A stretch of 64,000 nt of DNA from Candidatus Sericytochromatia bacterium. GTDB taxonomy: Bacteria > Cyanobacteriota > Sericytochromatia > S15B-MN24 > JAQBPE01. Every line of letters begins with the position of its first letter. Positions within the stretch are counted from its first letter, which is position 1. The notes under the pieces were generated by a model. The model saw only the letters and a program-made list of their open reading frames with translations. It made no database searches and had not been told where the DNA came from. This document shows, piece after piece, positions 28,246 to 38,910 of this stretch. The position numbers and the translations under genes were made by a program. The stretch is from positions 33,476 through 97,475 of the forward strand of contig JBBAPZ010000002.1 in NCBI GenBank assembly GCA_040400605.1, in the 5' to 3' direction.

Positions 28246-29946
28246 TCACGCCTGCGCTGAGGCACCTTCTTCCGTTAACGACGCCATGCGCAAAGGCGCC
28301 GTCACCCCCAACAAATCAACCAACACATGCCGCAAAATTTCACGGGTGGCCGCAATCAACCCCAACCGGGCCTGCGTGACCACGCGATCGTCCGTCAAGA
28401 CACGACAATGCGCATAAAACTGATGAAACAGACTGGCTAATTCTTGCGCATAACGGGCCAGGCGATAAGGTTCAAGCGCCTTGGCCGCTGCAACCACCTC
28501 ATCCGAATATGACGCCAGTTTCAACAGCAATTGACGCTCGCTAGGATGGATGAAAACTGTTTCGGATGTTTCACCCACTTCCGGCGACAGCCCCTGCTCA
28601 TCCGCCACACGGATGATCGAACAGATGCGCGCGTGTGCGTATTGAACATAAAACACCGGGTTGTCAGCACTCTCGCGTTTTGCCAATGCCAGATCGAAGT
28701 CCAGCGTCGAATCAGTCGAACGCATCACCAGGAAATAGCGCGCCGCATCCGTACCGACTTCATCCACCACTTCCTGCGCGGTGACCATATCACCGGTACG
28801 CTTGGACATCCGCACCGGCTCGCCATCCCGAAACAGATTAACCATTTGACCGATGACAACCGCCAATGTGTCGTCTTGGCCTCCGAGTGCCTGTACCGCC
28901 GCGCGAATGCGTGCGACGTAACCGTGGTGATCGGCACCCAGTATATCAATCAGTCGATCATAACCCCGCCGCAACTTGTCCCAATGATACGCGATGTCCG
29001 CCGCCAGATACGTGGGTTGACCGTTTTCACGCACAACTACACGATCCTTGTCATCGCCATACGCCGTCGAACGCAACCACCAGGCACCCTCATGCTCATA
29101 CAGGTGCCCCGTCTGCTTCAAGCGTGCAATGGCCTCACTCACCCGATCTTGTTCGTGCAACGTCGTCTCGCTGTAAAACACATCAAAATGCGTGTTCAGT
29201 GCCAGCAACGTGCGCTTTTGCAGTTCAAGCAAATAGTCGCGCGCAAACCCGGTCAAGGTCGCAACGCGCGCTTCAACTGGTAAACCCACGAACGAGGCGT
29301 CAAGGTGTTCGCGCGCCGCCTGCGCAACCTCACGGATGTACGCCCCCTGATAGCCATCCTCAGGCATCTTTGAGGCCCGTCCGGCTAACTCCTGCATCCG
29401 TGCATCCACAGAGGCGCCCAGCAAGCGCATCTGATTACCGGCATCATTGATATAAAACTCCTGATGGGTTTCAAAACCCACCGCTTGCAACAGGCTTGCC
29501 AAGGTGGAGCCGATCACCGCCCAACGTGCGTGGCCCACGTGGAGGGGACCAGTCGGATTGGCTGATACATATTCGAGCAGCACACGCTGTCCCTGGCCAA
29601 AAGGCTGAATCCCCGCTGCGCCGCCTTGTTGAAGTATCGTCCGCGCGCACTCGGCCAAGCGGTTCGTTGCCACCCGTACATTGATGAATCCCGGCGCCGC
29701 GATGCTAACTGAGCCGATCGTGTCATCCTTGGCAAGATGCCGCACGATGGTCTCGGCGATTTTGAGGGGCGGCATCCGCAAAGGCTTGGCCAACACCATG
29801 GCGAGGTTGGTGGCATAGTCACCGTGGTCAGGGTCACGTGGCGTCTCAACGCCCACTTCCGGAACGGTTTCCAAGGTTAACTCGCCTGCGGCGCTGGCAC
29901 GGGTCAGGGCATCCTTGAGTGCATCGGCGATGGCTTGCTTGAGCAT
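28246..29946 (-). CDS. argS: Arginine--tRNA ligase
   Basis: HGDYATN, SANPTGPLHVGH, GADHHGY, RMSKRTG, YVQYAHAR. Confidence 0.97.
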   Translation of the reverse strand: MLKQAIADALKDALTRASAAGELTLETVPEVGVETPRDPDHGDYATNLAMVLAKPLRMPPLKIAETIVRHLAKDDTIGSVSIAAPGFINVRVATNRLAECARTILQQGGAAGIQPFGQGQRVLLEYVSANPTGPLHVGHARWAVIGSTLASLLQAVGFETHQEFYINDAGNQMRLLGASVDARMQELAGRASKMPEDGYQGAYIREVAQAAREHLDASFVGLPVEARVATLTGFARDYLLELQKRTLLALNTHFDVFYSETTLHEQDRVSEAIARLKQTGHLYEHEGAWWLRSTAYGDDKDRVVVRENGQPTYLAADIAYHWDKLRRGYDRLIDILGADHHGYVARIRAAVQALGGQDDTLAVVIGQMVNLFRDGEPVRMSKRTGDMVTAQEVVDEVGTDAARYFLVMRSTDSTLDFDLALAKRESADNPVFYVQYAHARICSIIRVADEQGLSPEVGETSETVFIHPSERQLLLKLASYSDEVVAAAKALEPYRLARYAQELASLFHQFYAHCRVLTDDRVVTQARLGLIAATREILRHVLVDLLGVTAPLRMASLTEEGASAQA

Positions 29947-29960
29947 GGGTGATGGTTCCT

Positions 29961-30425
29961 TTACAGTTCGAGCGCTTCACACGCGCCATGCGACACAGGT
30001 CGCCAAGACAAAGTCAACGTGAATTGGCCGAGGCTTTCGTCCGGAGCGATCGGGTTTGTTGTCTCCGTTGGGGTTGTCCATAGTTCATAGCACAATTTGA
30101 TGACGCCGTCCGTCAGGTGTCGGTCGATGCGCAAGTCGCTCGTGTGGACACGCAACACCAGGTCGTTGCCACCCAGGCCCAAAAGGCCACCAGTCCATTG
30201 GCCACCCACGAAGTCCTGCCAGCCGTTGACGAGGCCGCGACGATGGACTCGCACGGCGTGATCATCAATGCGCACCGTGGTGGTGGTTTGTTCTTCCTCG
30301 TAGCGCAGATACCAGGCGCCGTCGCGATCATACAATTCGCCACGACGCGTGTGGCGGGCATCGACGCGCTCATTTCCGTCAGTTTGGGTGCTGACGATCG
30401 TCAGCAAAACAGTCTGCTTGTTCAC
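29961..30425 (-). CDS. DUF1934 (YwiB-like) family protein
   Basis: GELY..DG.WYLRYEE...TTVRI..VRVHRRG; directly upstream of argS as in Bacillus. Confidence 0.65.
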   Translation of the reverse strand: MNKQTVLLTIVSTQTDGNERVDARHTRRGELYDRDGAWYLRYEEEQTTTTVRIDDHAVRVHRRGLVNGWQDFVGGQWTGGLLGLGGNDLVLRVHTSDLRIDRHLTDGVIKLCYELWTTPTETTNPIAPDESLGQFTLTLSWRPVSHGACEALEL

Positions 30426-30889
30426 TTGTGATACGGCTCGTTTCGTCGGATCCGTTCGCAGCGATACAACTGCTCCAGCAAAAACAGGCGCGCGAACTGA
30501 TGGGGCAAAGTCAGGCGCGACAGGCCCAGCGTCCAGTTGGCCCGTTGCAAGACGACCGGGTCGAGTCCCTCGGCCCCGCCGATGACAAAGGCAATCTCTT
30601 TGTGACTGGCATGTTCCAGACGTTGCAGACGCTCAGCGAGTACAACCGAGGTCAGTTGTTCGCCTTGCTCCCACAAAGCGATAACGTAGGCATCTGGATG
30701 CAAAGTGGTCAAAATACGTTCGGCTTCTTTGCGCCGCGCCGCGCCCTCTTGCCCGGCGATCAGCCGTTCGTCGGGCAATTCGATGAGTTCGACCGGTCGA
30801 TAAGGCGCCAAGCGCTTGAGGAACTCCCGCACACTCGGTGCGAGTCCCTGGTCTTTCATTTTTCCAAGCGCCACGATGACCCAACGCAC
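30422..30889 (-). CDS. rlmH: 23S rRNA m3-pseudouridine1915 methyltransferase
   Basis: FVIGGAEG, LSRLTLPHQFARLFLLEQLYR, EPYHK. Confidence 0.95.
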   Translation of the reverse strand: MRWVIVALGKMKDQGLAPSVREFLKRLAPYRPVELIELPDERLIAGQEGAARRKEAERILTTLHPDAYVIALWEQGEQLTSVVLAERLQRLEHASHKEIAFVIGGAEGLDPVVLQRANWTLGLSRLTLPHQFARLFLLEQLYRCERIRRNEPYHK

Positions 30890-30971
30890 GATTTCAGTTC
30901 CAAATCCTCACGACCCCGTTCTAACATCCTATCACGGCCGGCGGGTACCGGGGAGGCAAGGACTGACCCTG

Positions 30972-31526
30972 TTACGCCTCAGTCGGGTGATAAAAGCTCA
31001 GGGCGCTGATGCCATAGCGTGTGGTGCGACGGTGTTGCAAGCCCACGATGTCAATGGGAGGCTGAGCGGCGCTGCGATGTTCCAAGACCACCCAGGCGCC
31101 GGGGCGCAGCAGGTCGGGGTTAGCGGCGATCGCCTGCAAGACGGGCGTGGGGTCCATCTCGTAGGGCGGATCCAAAAAAATGACATCAAAGCGTTGATGA
31201 TGCTGGGTAAACCACGCCAACGCCGATGTGACATCGCGCGCAAACAATTCGACTTGTTGCAGACCCAAAGCAGCCTGATTGTGCGCGATGATCGTGATCG
31301 CAGGCGCTGCGGATTCAACCAGCACAACCCGCTTGGCACCACGACTCGCGGCTTCGAAACCGATGGCGCCTGACCCCGCGAAAAGATCCAGCCAGTCATG
31401 ATTGGCCGTTTGCGCGCGCACGATGTTAAAGAGCGCTTCTTTGACCTGACCCGTGGTGGGACGAGTCGCCGGCCCCGTGAGTGTCTGTAGGCGGCGACCC
31501 CGATGGGTGCCGGCGATGATTCTCAT
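30972..31526 (-). CDS. rsmD: 16S rRNA m2G966 methyltransferase
   Basis: MRIIAG, RPT, LDLFAGSGAIGFEAASRGA, FLDPPY; start ATG 31526. Confidence 0.93.
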   Translation of the reverse strand: MRIIAGTHRGRRLQTLTGPATRPTTGQVKEALFNIVRAQTANHDWLDLFAGSGAIGFEAASRGAKRVVLVESAAPAITIIAHNQAALGLQQVELFARDVTSALAWFTQHHQRFDVIFLDPPYEMDPTPVLQAIAANPDLLRPGAWVVLEHRSAAQPPIDIVGLQHRRTTRYGISALSFYHPTEA

Positions 31527-31731
31527 TTCGGGACACCCCAACTCGCACAGCGCGCCGGGATGAGTGTAACACGAAGATGGGCCGTGTTCGCATCCAATCA
31601 AGGCTTCATCGAGTGAAAGACGGCTAACACCGCACATCAACGACAAGCAGCACGGTCGGTGATTTGACACCCAGGCTGTACGCGCTGCGCCGCACCGATG
31701 CGTCCTGGACTCTGAAACTTGCATTAAGTAT

Positions 31732-31746
31732 TTAACCTAAACTTAA
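31732..31746. promoter_or_regulatory. TTAA-N7-TTAA direct repeat
   Basis: TTAACCTAAACTTAA in the AT-rich divergent promoter region. Confidence 0.35.
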
Positions 31747-31800
31747 AGCAAGTAGACGTTGTCAGTCGACAATAAGTTAAATGTAAGGAGATTCCAGATT

Positions 31801-32247
31801 ATGAACGAGTTGAAAGTCGCTGACAAAACGTGGAAGCCGCTGGCGGTGACGGCGGTATCACAAGAGAAAGCGGCCGAGACGATTCAGGCCTTGCGCAAGA
31901 ATGGTGCAGATGATGTGCTGGTGAAGGTGGGCGATGATCTGGTTCTGGCGTCGGGCCGGGGGATGGCGGTAGACCGCGTGAAAGTTGGCACCTCGGCGAC
32001 GGTGAATGGCAAATTGGGGCAGGTAGTGGCTGTCAATGCTGAACGAAACACTTACGTGGAGGGGATAAAGCACTGGTTGGGACCTGTGGTGGCAGTCTTA
32101 CCGCTGGTGTTCGGATTGTTCAATAACGCACGAGCGTTTAGGGTACTGTGGGTCTTCGTGACTGTGCCCGTCGGAGCTGCCATCAATTATGCGAGTGGCG
32201 TGCACGCTGAAAGGCGAAAGATCGATCTCATCCCAACCGGGCAGTAG
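31801..32247 (+). CDS. Hypothetical membrane protein
   Basis: AAGGAG SD before ATG 31801; two C-terminal hydrophobic segments. Confidence 0.7.
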   Translation: MNELKVADKTWKPLAVTAVSQEKAAETIQALRKNGADDVLVKVGDDLVLASGRGMAVDRVKVGTSATVNGKLGQVVAVNAERNTYVEGIKHWLGPVVAVLPLVFGLFNNARAFRVLWVFVTVPVGAAINYASGVHAERRKIDLIPTGQ

Positions 32248-32309
32248 TCAATTGGCTGGGTTGATACACGCGACAATTTTTGTTGTCTACAGAAAGAAAG
32301 AGGTTTTCA

Positions 32310-32963
32310 ATGCACAGGTTTCTCGCCGCCGCTTTGTCTTTCAGTATCCTCACGGGTTGCGGGGTGATGCCCACTGCGGGTACAGCGGTGCAGGGAATCA
32401 GGCAAAATACGGCTGAGGCCAGCGCCGCCAATAAAAGAGCGAGCAGTTTGGAATCGGCGGTGAAAGCTCGCTTTGTTGCGGTTGATAAAGACAAGGACGG
32501 TTCGCTGACGTTTGCCGAATTCACGAAGAGTAGCGAAAAAGACAACAATATCGGTGGCATCGGAAGCATGCTGGGCGCGTACAGCTGGCTTGCCCTGGGT
32601 TCACTCAGTTCTCAACGCGAATTCAAGGTGCAACGTGACGAATTTGATGCGGTGATTCAGGCAGCCAAGGCGCAGCGCGTCACGTGGGCCAGTCTGTCGG
32701 CGGCGCTCTCTTCCCCGTTTTTTCAGGAGCGCGCATCGAAAATGGCCAGTGAATTCATTCAAAAAAATGACACGAACGGCGACAGGCGCCTTGAAGTGAG
32801 TGAAATGGGCGACGACGCGAAGCGCATCGACATGAACAAAGACGGCGTGTTGAGCATGACTGAAGTCAGTGACAGCTTGCTGAAAGAAGCGCTTTCAAGG
32901 GGCGGTCCGGCTTCGTCGCTCGGCATGCTTGGCATGGTGCTCAGTATTAGTATGACATCCTAA
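32310..32963 (+). CDS. EF-hand lipoprotein
   Basis: Lipobox LTGC; DKDKDGSLTFAE, DTNGDRRLEVSE, DMNKDGVLSMTE. Confidence 0.82.
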   Translation: MHRFLAAALSFSILTGCGVMPTAGTAVQGIRQNTAEASAANKRASSLESAVKARFVAVDKDKDGSLTFAEFTKSSEKDNNIGGIGSMLGAYSWLALGSLSSQREFKVQRDEFDAVIQAAKAQRVTWASLSAALSSPFFQERASKMASEFIQKNDTNGDRRLEVSEMGDDAKRIDMNKDGVLSMTEVSDSLLKEALSRGGPASSLGMLGMVLSISMTS

Positions 32964-33460
32964 CGATACTGATCCGAGCGCTTACCTGTTGCAGCGTCTG
33001 TCCGCCCGTTTGTGACAGACGCGCCATTGTATTGATTGGCAGGGTTGTGCCGCATTAGCCAGAATGATGATCCCCGCTCCCGTGCCGCAACTGGAAAAAT
33101 AGGAGCGGCGCGGAGTGTTTTGTGCGTGAACTGCAAAAACATTTCACCGTGCGGTCCTTGAGGGTGGTGGACGCGTCTGTTGAAACTTTTGCGCCTCGGG
33201 GCAGGCAAGTGTTGAGCAGCAAGTGTAAACTGCGGGTCGCACGCGGCGATATCTCACCAGGGTCCGTGCTGTTTGCCATTCGGAATGTGGTACGTGGTGC
33301 TTTGTTCGACATCAGTTAACGGGTCAACGTTGGGGTATCGTGACGCCTCACGGCTTTGGAGAACGCATGGTGAATGGGGGTATGAATACGCGCCTGACCG
33401 TGCTGATACTGCACACATGCACTTGTCGTGATCAACAGCGTGTTGAGGGGCTGCAATCCA

Positions 33461-34387
33461 TCAATGCGGGTTCGCAACGTCTTGCCACGTTCGCCGCAAG
33501 CCATCCTCCAAAGGGATCTGGGCCTCAAAGCCGAAGCGGTCGCGAATCGCACGCACGGCAGCGCTTGAATACTTGATGTCACCGCCGCGTGCAGGCCCAT
33601 AACTCACCTGCATCTCTCGGCCGCCTACCGCTTCCAGCATCGCAAGCGTCTCATTCAAGGTTACCGAGCGACCAGTGGCCACATTAAACTGCCCACCACC
33701 GCCTGCCGGCGCAAATAAGGCCATCTCAATCGCCCGCGCCACATCATCCACGTGTACGAAGTCCCGGCTTTGTTCCCCATCGCCATAAATCGTGAACGGC
33801 AATCCGTGCTTCGCGGCGATAAGCGCCTTCGCAATCGCCCCTGAATAAGGGGCGTCCGCCGACTGTCCCGGCCCATACACGTTGAAAAACCGCAAGCAAA
33901 TCGCTTCGCCGGCCCCATCCCGCACAAACTGCGCCGCATCTTTTTCGTTTTGCCACTTGCCGGTAGCGTACGGGGTGCGGGGAGCCGGCACGATGCCCTC
34001 ATCCCAAGGCAACGGTGCATCAGGCCCGTAAAGGGCAGCTGTACTCGCCAGCACTACGCGCCGAATGCCTTGCGCCCGCGACGCAGCCAAAACGTGACGG
34101 GTGCCAGTTACATTCACCGCATCGAAGCGATCCGGATCCTCCAGACTGAGAGGCACCGACACCAGTGCCGCGAGGTGAATAATCGCATCGACTCCGCGAC
34201 AGGCAGCAAGTACAGCCTCGCTGTCGCGGACATCTGCTTGAATAAATCCGACATCGGCTGGTATACGTGCAGCGCAAGCATTTTCCAGGTTGTCGAACAC
34301 CACCACCGTGTGTCCCGCATGCTTGAGGCGAGCGACCGTCGCAGAACCGATGAAGCCAGCTCCCCCCGTTACCAGTATCTTTGCCAT
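33461..34387 (-). CDS. NAD-dependent nucleotide-sugar epimerase (probable UDP-GlcNAc 4-epimerase, PelX-like by context)
   Basis: TGGAGFIG, YATGK, LRFFNVYGP, YGDGEQSRDFVHV. Confidence 0.88.
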   Translation of the reverse strand: MAKILVTGGAGFIGSATVARLKHAGHTVVVFDNLENACAARIPADVGFIQADVRDSEAVLAACRGVDAIIHLAALVSVPLSLEDPDRFDAVNVTGTRHVLAASRAQGIRRVVLASTAALYGPDAPLPWDEGIVPAPRTPYATGKWQNEKDAAQFVRDGAGEAICLRFFNVYGPGQSADAPYSGAIAKALIAAKHGLPFTIYGDGEQSRDFVHVDDVARAIEMALFAPAGGGGQFNVATGRSVTLNETLAMLEAVGGREMQVSYGPARGGDIKYSSAAVRAIRDRFGFEAQIPLEDGLRRTWQDVANPH

Positions 34388-34804
34388 CAATTCAGAGCGC
34401 CCCTCTTCGGTCGCGCATCATACACTGTATCAACACACCATCGCAACAACTGGGCCTGCACGACTCGGGCTAACGTGTTCCCGTTTTTTTGAATACGACG
34501 GCCACTGTTCGCAGCAAAATGTCTAAATCCAAAGATAACGGGCGATGCTTGATTGTACGCGCTCAGGGGATAACAAGAATGAACGAACGTGACCGATCAT
34601 CGACATAGCAGACTGCTGGTCCGTCAGTCCCGAAAGTCTCATTTTAGCGCGTGATGCAGCGATCGCGGAACACAACGCGGTAAATGCCGAATGGGATGCA
34701 GCATTGGACCTTATGGTGACGTTTGAGCAACAGGCCGAAGCCATCACGTCACACATCGGCATCCAGCGCGTCGAAGCCCATGGTGATGACGCCATAACTA
34801 GCGT

Positions 34805-35695
34805 TCAGGGCGCAGAGCCGGGCAGCTGATCCAGATCGATACCGGATACAAAAGGAACGAAGCCCGCCGCGCGCATCGCGGTTGTCGCGCGCACGCGCCC
34901 CACGCGATCGCCTGCTGGTCGGTATTCCAGCACCAGCACCGGCAGACCGTACTGATGTTGCAAAGCTTGAAACTCGGCCACACGACTCCGTGCCTCCGAT
35001 GCTTGACGCCAGCGATAGGCCTTGCGTTCGAAGTCATAATCCGTGACGATTGATTCAACCGCAAACGCACTCAGGCAGGGCACGATCGCAGGTACAAGCG
35101 CGAGACCGCCATTGGCGACAATGCGCGCTTGCGGATAGCGCGCATGAATCAGAGCCACCAGGTCGATCATCGCTTGACGGGCGCCTGGCAACGCTTTTGA
35201 GCGTTCCAGTTCTTCTGCTGCATCGAGGGTGTCCAGAAACAGCCCATCGTAACCCATCGCCAAAAAAGACCCGACGAGTCGCTCAACCAGCATGTCGCGC
35301 CACACCGTGTGCTCGGGGTTAACCCGCCATGCTCCGGGCCAGTGCGGATTTCGTCCCAGCAAGGCGCCGCGGTTGGCCGCCAGCGCCTGAAAGTAGTCCC
35401 GACTCTCATGCACCTCGCCAAGCGACAGATAGGCCAACACCCGTTGACCGGGACGCTTGAACGTTGCCAGGCGCCAGCCGTGATCGGGCTCGAGGACCAG
35501 CCAGTCCGGTTGAGCGAGCGCCGCGGTCGCGGCGTGCTTGCCATAAACGGCGGCCCACGATCGGGGATGGTCTGCATGGCTGCTGACTGCTTGCTGTGCC
35601 ACCAGCCAGCAACAAATGGCCGCCGACAAGCTGCGCACCCAATCGCTGTGACTTCGTTTGGATACATACAAGCGCCACGCGTGTCTGATCATCAC
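34805..35695 (-). CDS. GH114/PelA-hydrolase-like endo-alpha-1,4-polygalactosaminidase
   Basis: LAYLSLGE, NPHW, GYDGLFLDTLD, VES. Confidence 0.85.
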   Translation of the reverse strand: MMIRHAWRLYVSKRSHSDWVRSLSAAICCWLVAQQAVSSHADHPRSWAAVYGKHAATAALAQPDWLVLEPDHGWRLATFKRPGQRVLAYLSLGEVHESRDYFQALAANRGALLGRNPHWPGAWRVNPEHTVWRDMLVERLVGSFLAMGYDGLFLDTLDAAEELERSKALPGARQAMIDLVALIHARYPQARIVANGGLALVPAIVPCLSAFAVESIVTDYDFERKAYRWRQASEARSRVAEFQALQHQYGLPVLVLEYRPAGDRVGRVRATTAMRAAGFVPFVSGIDLDQLPGSAP

Positions 35696-35699
35696 TCCC

Positions 35700-36737
35700 T
35701 CATTCCGGCTTCACCAGGACCCGCATACGGTGGCCATGCTGGTGATCGATTGCGTGCCCTTCTGGCGCGATGAGCAGACGGGTGAACGCATCCGGCGTGC
35801 CCACAGGGAGCGACGTTGCGGGAGCGATGACCCGAACACGTGCGGCGAGGATCTGCCAGGGAGTCGGTTCACCCAGAAGCGTAACGGATTGCCCGACTGT
35901 CACCTGCGCGGCCTGCGCCTCTGGCATGTTCACCTCAACCCAGGCTGCAGTGGGTGGCTCAAGCCGAACGAGTGCCTGCGCCACACCCGCATACTCACCT
36001 ACCCGAATGAGGCCTTCCCGCACACGTCCCGCGACCGGTGCACGAAGGGTGCGGGCGCGGATGCGTCTATCGAGGGCGCGACTTTCAACTGTGGCTTGTG
36101 CAAGTGCCGCTTCGGCCTGCCGCATCGCCTTGACAGACGCTTCCGCGGTTCCGTCTTCCATTCGCTCACGCAAGCTGCGTTTGGCTGCTTGGAGATCGAT
36201 CGTCGCCGATTCAACCGCCAACGTCGCGATGCGCGCGTGGGTCCAGGCCTTTTCATATTCATCCCGCGCCACAGCCCCCTTATCCATCGCTTGCTTGAGT
36301 TCACGCGCATTGTCCTGTGCCTGCTTGGCTTTCAGGCCTGCCGCCCGATGGACAACGCTCAGGCGGTCCAGTTGCGTCTGCGCATCTGCGCACTTGCCTC
36401 GAAACTGCCGACGAACCTCGGCCAGTTGCGTTTGTGCGTGTTCGTATTCACGCAGGCGCAAGGCTTCTCGGGCGCGCTGGATGCTCCGTTCAGACTGCAA
36501 GTCAGCGGTGTCCAGTTGCAACAATGAAGCACCCGGCTCCACCCAGTCTCCTTCCTTCACCAGCAACGCTTCAACCCGTCCCGCCGTTTCAGCCGAAATC
36601 ATTACCGATTCGCGCACCACGCGACCCTCGAGCACTTGTGTGCCCGAAACGGACCCCACCACGATGGCGATCAGCACCCCCGACGCTCCCATCGCGAACA
36701 ACGCTTGCTTCCAGCGTACCGCCGTGGCCTGCGACAT
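35700..36737 (-). CDS. HlyD-family membrane fusion/adaptor protein
   Basis: N-terminal TM, GRVEALLVKEGDWVEPG, coiled coil, LRAPVAG; start ATG 36737 (the ORF-track extension is a shadow of the upstream gene). Confidence 0.82.
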   Translation of the reverse strand: MSQATAVRWKQALFAMGASGVLIAIVVGSVSGTQVLEGRVVRESVMISAETAGRVEALLVKEGDWVEPGASLLQLDTADLQSERSIQRAREALRLREYEHAQTQLAEVRRQFRGKCADAQTQLDRLSVVHRAAGLKAKQAQDNARELKQAMDKGAVARDEYEKAWTHARIATLAVESATIDLQAAKRSLRERMEDGTAEASVKAMRQAEAALAQATVESRALDRRIRARTLRAPVAGRVREGLIRVGEYAGVAQALVRLEPPTAAWVEVNMPEAQAAQVTVGQSVTLLGEPTPWQILAARVRVIAPATSLPVGTPDAFTRLLIAPEGHAIDHQHGHRMRVLVKPE

Positions 36738-36739
36738 CT

Positions 36740-37234
36740 TCAATCCTCGCGCCGTTCCAGCGCGCCACCCGTATCGGGGGGCAAGGCATTGCCCGGCCCT
36801 TGCGGGGCGGGCACGACGAAACACCAACTCAACACATGGGCCAGCAAGGCCAGGCCGAGGGTCGCGACGCATGCCTCGAGGTACATGCCAACGCCACTCG
36901 CCATCCCCACCACCACCGCACCCAGCAGGGTTGCCGCCTCTGTGGCGCTCTGCATTTTGACCCGAAAACGCATGACACTTAAGATTCCCACCGCCCCAAA
37001 TGCCCGACTCAGGTGGTCTCCCACCACCACCATGACAATGGCCATCAGCACCGCCAGTACGATTTGGGCCTGGGCCACGTCTCTGTTGTACTGTCCAGCC
37101 GACGTCCGGCGATAACTCAAAGCCAGCGCACCACCCAGCAGGGTCGCGAGCACGACGGTGACCACCATGCCAGCTGGCCCAAAGGCCAGATTGGTACTGA
37201 CCGGACCCGCACCCAAAGGCCAGTTTTGCGACAC
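36740..37234 (-). CDS. DUF4956-like membrane protein
   Basis: GDHLSRAFGAVGILSVMRFR, VGMASGVG. Confidence 0.78.
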   Translation of the reverse strand: MSQNWPLGAGPVSTNLAFGPAGMVVTVVLATLLGGALALSYRRTSAGQYNRDVAQAQIVLAVLMAIVMVVVGDHLSRAFGAVGILSVMRFRVKMQSATEAATLLGAVVVGMASGVGMYLEACVATLGLALLAHVLSWCFVVPAPQGPGNALPPDTGGALERRED

Positions 37235-37245
37235 GGTTCACCTCA

Positions 37246-38910
37246 TCACGGAACGTCGAAGAAGGCCGCTCCGCTAAGCGGTTCCTGACCATCGCCAAGT
37301 TTAAGCACATCAAACGCACTCTGCCAGTGCTGATCAGGATTTGCGCTATCACGGCTCATAACCTGCCAGTAATAGCGCCCCGGCGTCAGGCGACCCACGT
37401 GCTGATAGCCAGTCGTCGCAAGCCCCCTGCGCGACGCCACGACCTGCTGGAGTGACCCATCACGGGCGAGCGTGAAATCGTAAGTGACGGCATCGCCTTG
37501 CCAGTCTTCCGAGACGTCCCACGTGAATGATGCCCCGTCAGCCGTGACGACCGGCTGCCCCAGAAAAAATGGCATCGGACGCTGCAAGCTTTCGATGAAG
37601 CGCGATTGATGGGTGCGCGGCACTTCCGCCAATCGCGCGACCTCAGCCGCCCAGGCTACATCCGGATTGGTTGTCGCACCAGGCAAGCCGGAACGATCTG
37701 GTTCCTCGGCGATTGCCTTCTTCAACACGGGCGTGTAGGCGTCCAGCAAGGGTCGCACACGGTTGGCACTGAAAAACGTTTCACCTAGTTGCGCCATGCG
37801 CTCAAGCAACTGCTGACGGTTGCGCGTATCGCTCATGAATCGGCGATGCAGGCGTACCCCCCACCAGTTGGCGGGACCCTCCTGCCAGCGAGCCAGCCGA
37901 TTGGCCGGATTCGCCACGAAATCGGGCTGATCGTACAGCCCCCATGCCGCATCAAAATCCCACGGGATGAATTGCCAGGCCCCCCCTGATTGTGGCGCAT
38001 AGAGATAAAAGTTCTGGCTGTTGGTGTCCTTGTTGCCAGTCAAGATGTTAAAAGCCAGCCACGTGAGATAGTTCGCACGATCGAAGTGGCGGGCCATCAC
38101 CGTGTTGATGGGAGCACCCTCATCATTCACATCCCGCAGCATCGCCTGCAGGCGGCCGTGATCCTCACGACCATCGATTTGAAGCACCTTCTCAAAAGCC
38201 GCCTTATTATACCCGGCCTGCCCAACTGTCTTCATTACCGATTCATCAAGGCCAAACTCGAATTGCTCTGCCTTGTACAGGTAACCCTTTGCATCCAGCC
38301 CCCGACTCGCGAGCCACGCCTTGTCGATGCGCTCGACCTGCGTGAAAAACCCGCGTGCCTGACCATCGATACGCAACGTGGCAAACCGCGTCTTGGGCGC
38401 CCGCAGCTCCGGCAGCGTCTGCAAAAGGTCAAATGTCAGGCGGTTGCGCACCCTTGTCAGATCGTACGGGTGCTTGTTCAGCAGCACCTCGCGCGTCCCG
38501 CGCCAAGGCGTTGCCTCCTTGTCAATGGTGATGCGATACGACTTCTGCGGTGACAGTCGCGTCGAGTGGCCACGCAAATGCACCTTGACCGGAAAAAGCT
38601 CGGCAGAACCCCGCTCGCGCAAGGTGCCCGAAAGCACGACCGGATTCACATTGGCCGGACCGGAGTCATTTTCCAGATCGTTGAGCGTGGGGCCGCCAGG
38701 CTGTTGCTTCAGACTCAGTTCCCATTCCGTGACCGAGGTATCTGGGATGTCAAGCGACTTAAGCGGTTGATAGGCCACGCCGGGCACATTCCCTGCGCCC
38801 CGGGCGCCGCCCGTGCGATCGCCCAAGGGAAGCTCACCCAGTGGCTGGCAAGCGCATGAAAAGAGCAGGAACAGACACCTGCAGGCGGCGTGACGCAACG
38901 AACACCTCAT
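37246..38910 (-). CDS. CotH-family kinase, probable lipoprotein
   Basis: RGHSTRLSPQKSYRI, VERID, GNKDTNSQNFYLY, IPWDFD; lipobox-like SCAC; start ATG 38910. Confidence 0.85.
   Translation of the reverse strand: MRCSLRHAACRCLFLLFSCACQPLGELPLGDRTGGARGAGNVPGVAYQPLKSLDIPDTSVTEWELSLKQQPGGPTLNDLENDSGPANVNPVVLSGTLRERGSAELFPVKVHLRGHSTRLSPQKSYRITIDKEATPWRGTREVLLNKHPYDLTRVRNRLTFDLLQTLPELRAPKTRFATLRIDGQARGFFTQVERIDKAWLASRGLDAKGYLYKAEQFEFGLDESVMKTVGQAGYNKAAFEKVLQIDGREDHGRLQAMLRDVNDEGAPINTVMARHFDRANYLTWLAFNILTGNKDTNSQNFYLYAPQSGGAWQFIPWDFDAAWGLYDQPDFVANPANRLARWQEGPANWWGVRLHRRFMSDTRNRQQLLERMAQLGETFFSANRVRPLLDAYTPVLKKAIAEEPDRSGLPGATTNPDVAWAAEVARLAEVPRTHQSRFIESLQRPMPFFLGQPVVTADGASFTWDVSEDWQGDAVTYDFTLARDGSLQQVVASRRGLATTGYQHVGRLTPGRYYWQVMSRDSANPDQHWQSAFDVLKLGDGQEPLSGAAFFDVP

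Noticed and set aside
34523..34829. Open frames between the epimerase and the GH114 gene
   Set aside because: The plus frame lacks a start and SD, the minus ORF has no recognisable features, and a pseudogene call cannot be supported
35700..37352. 550-aa ORF suggesting a long N-terminally extended HlyD protein
   Set aside because: The extension overlaps the DUF4956 and cotH genes in another frame; the real start is ATG 36737
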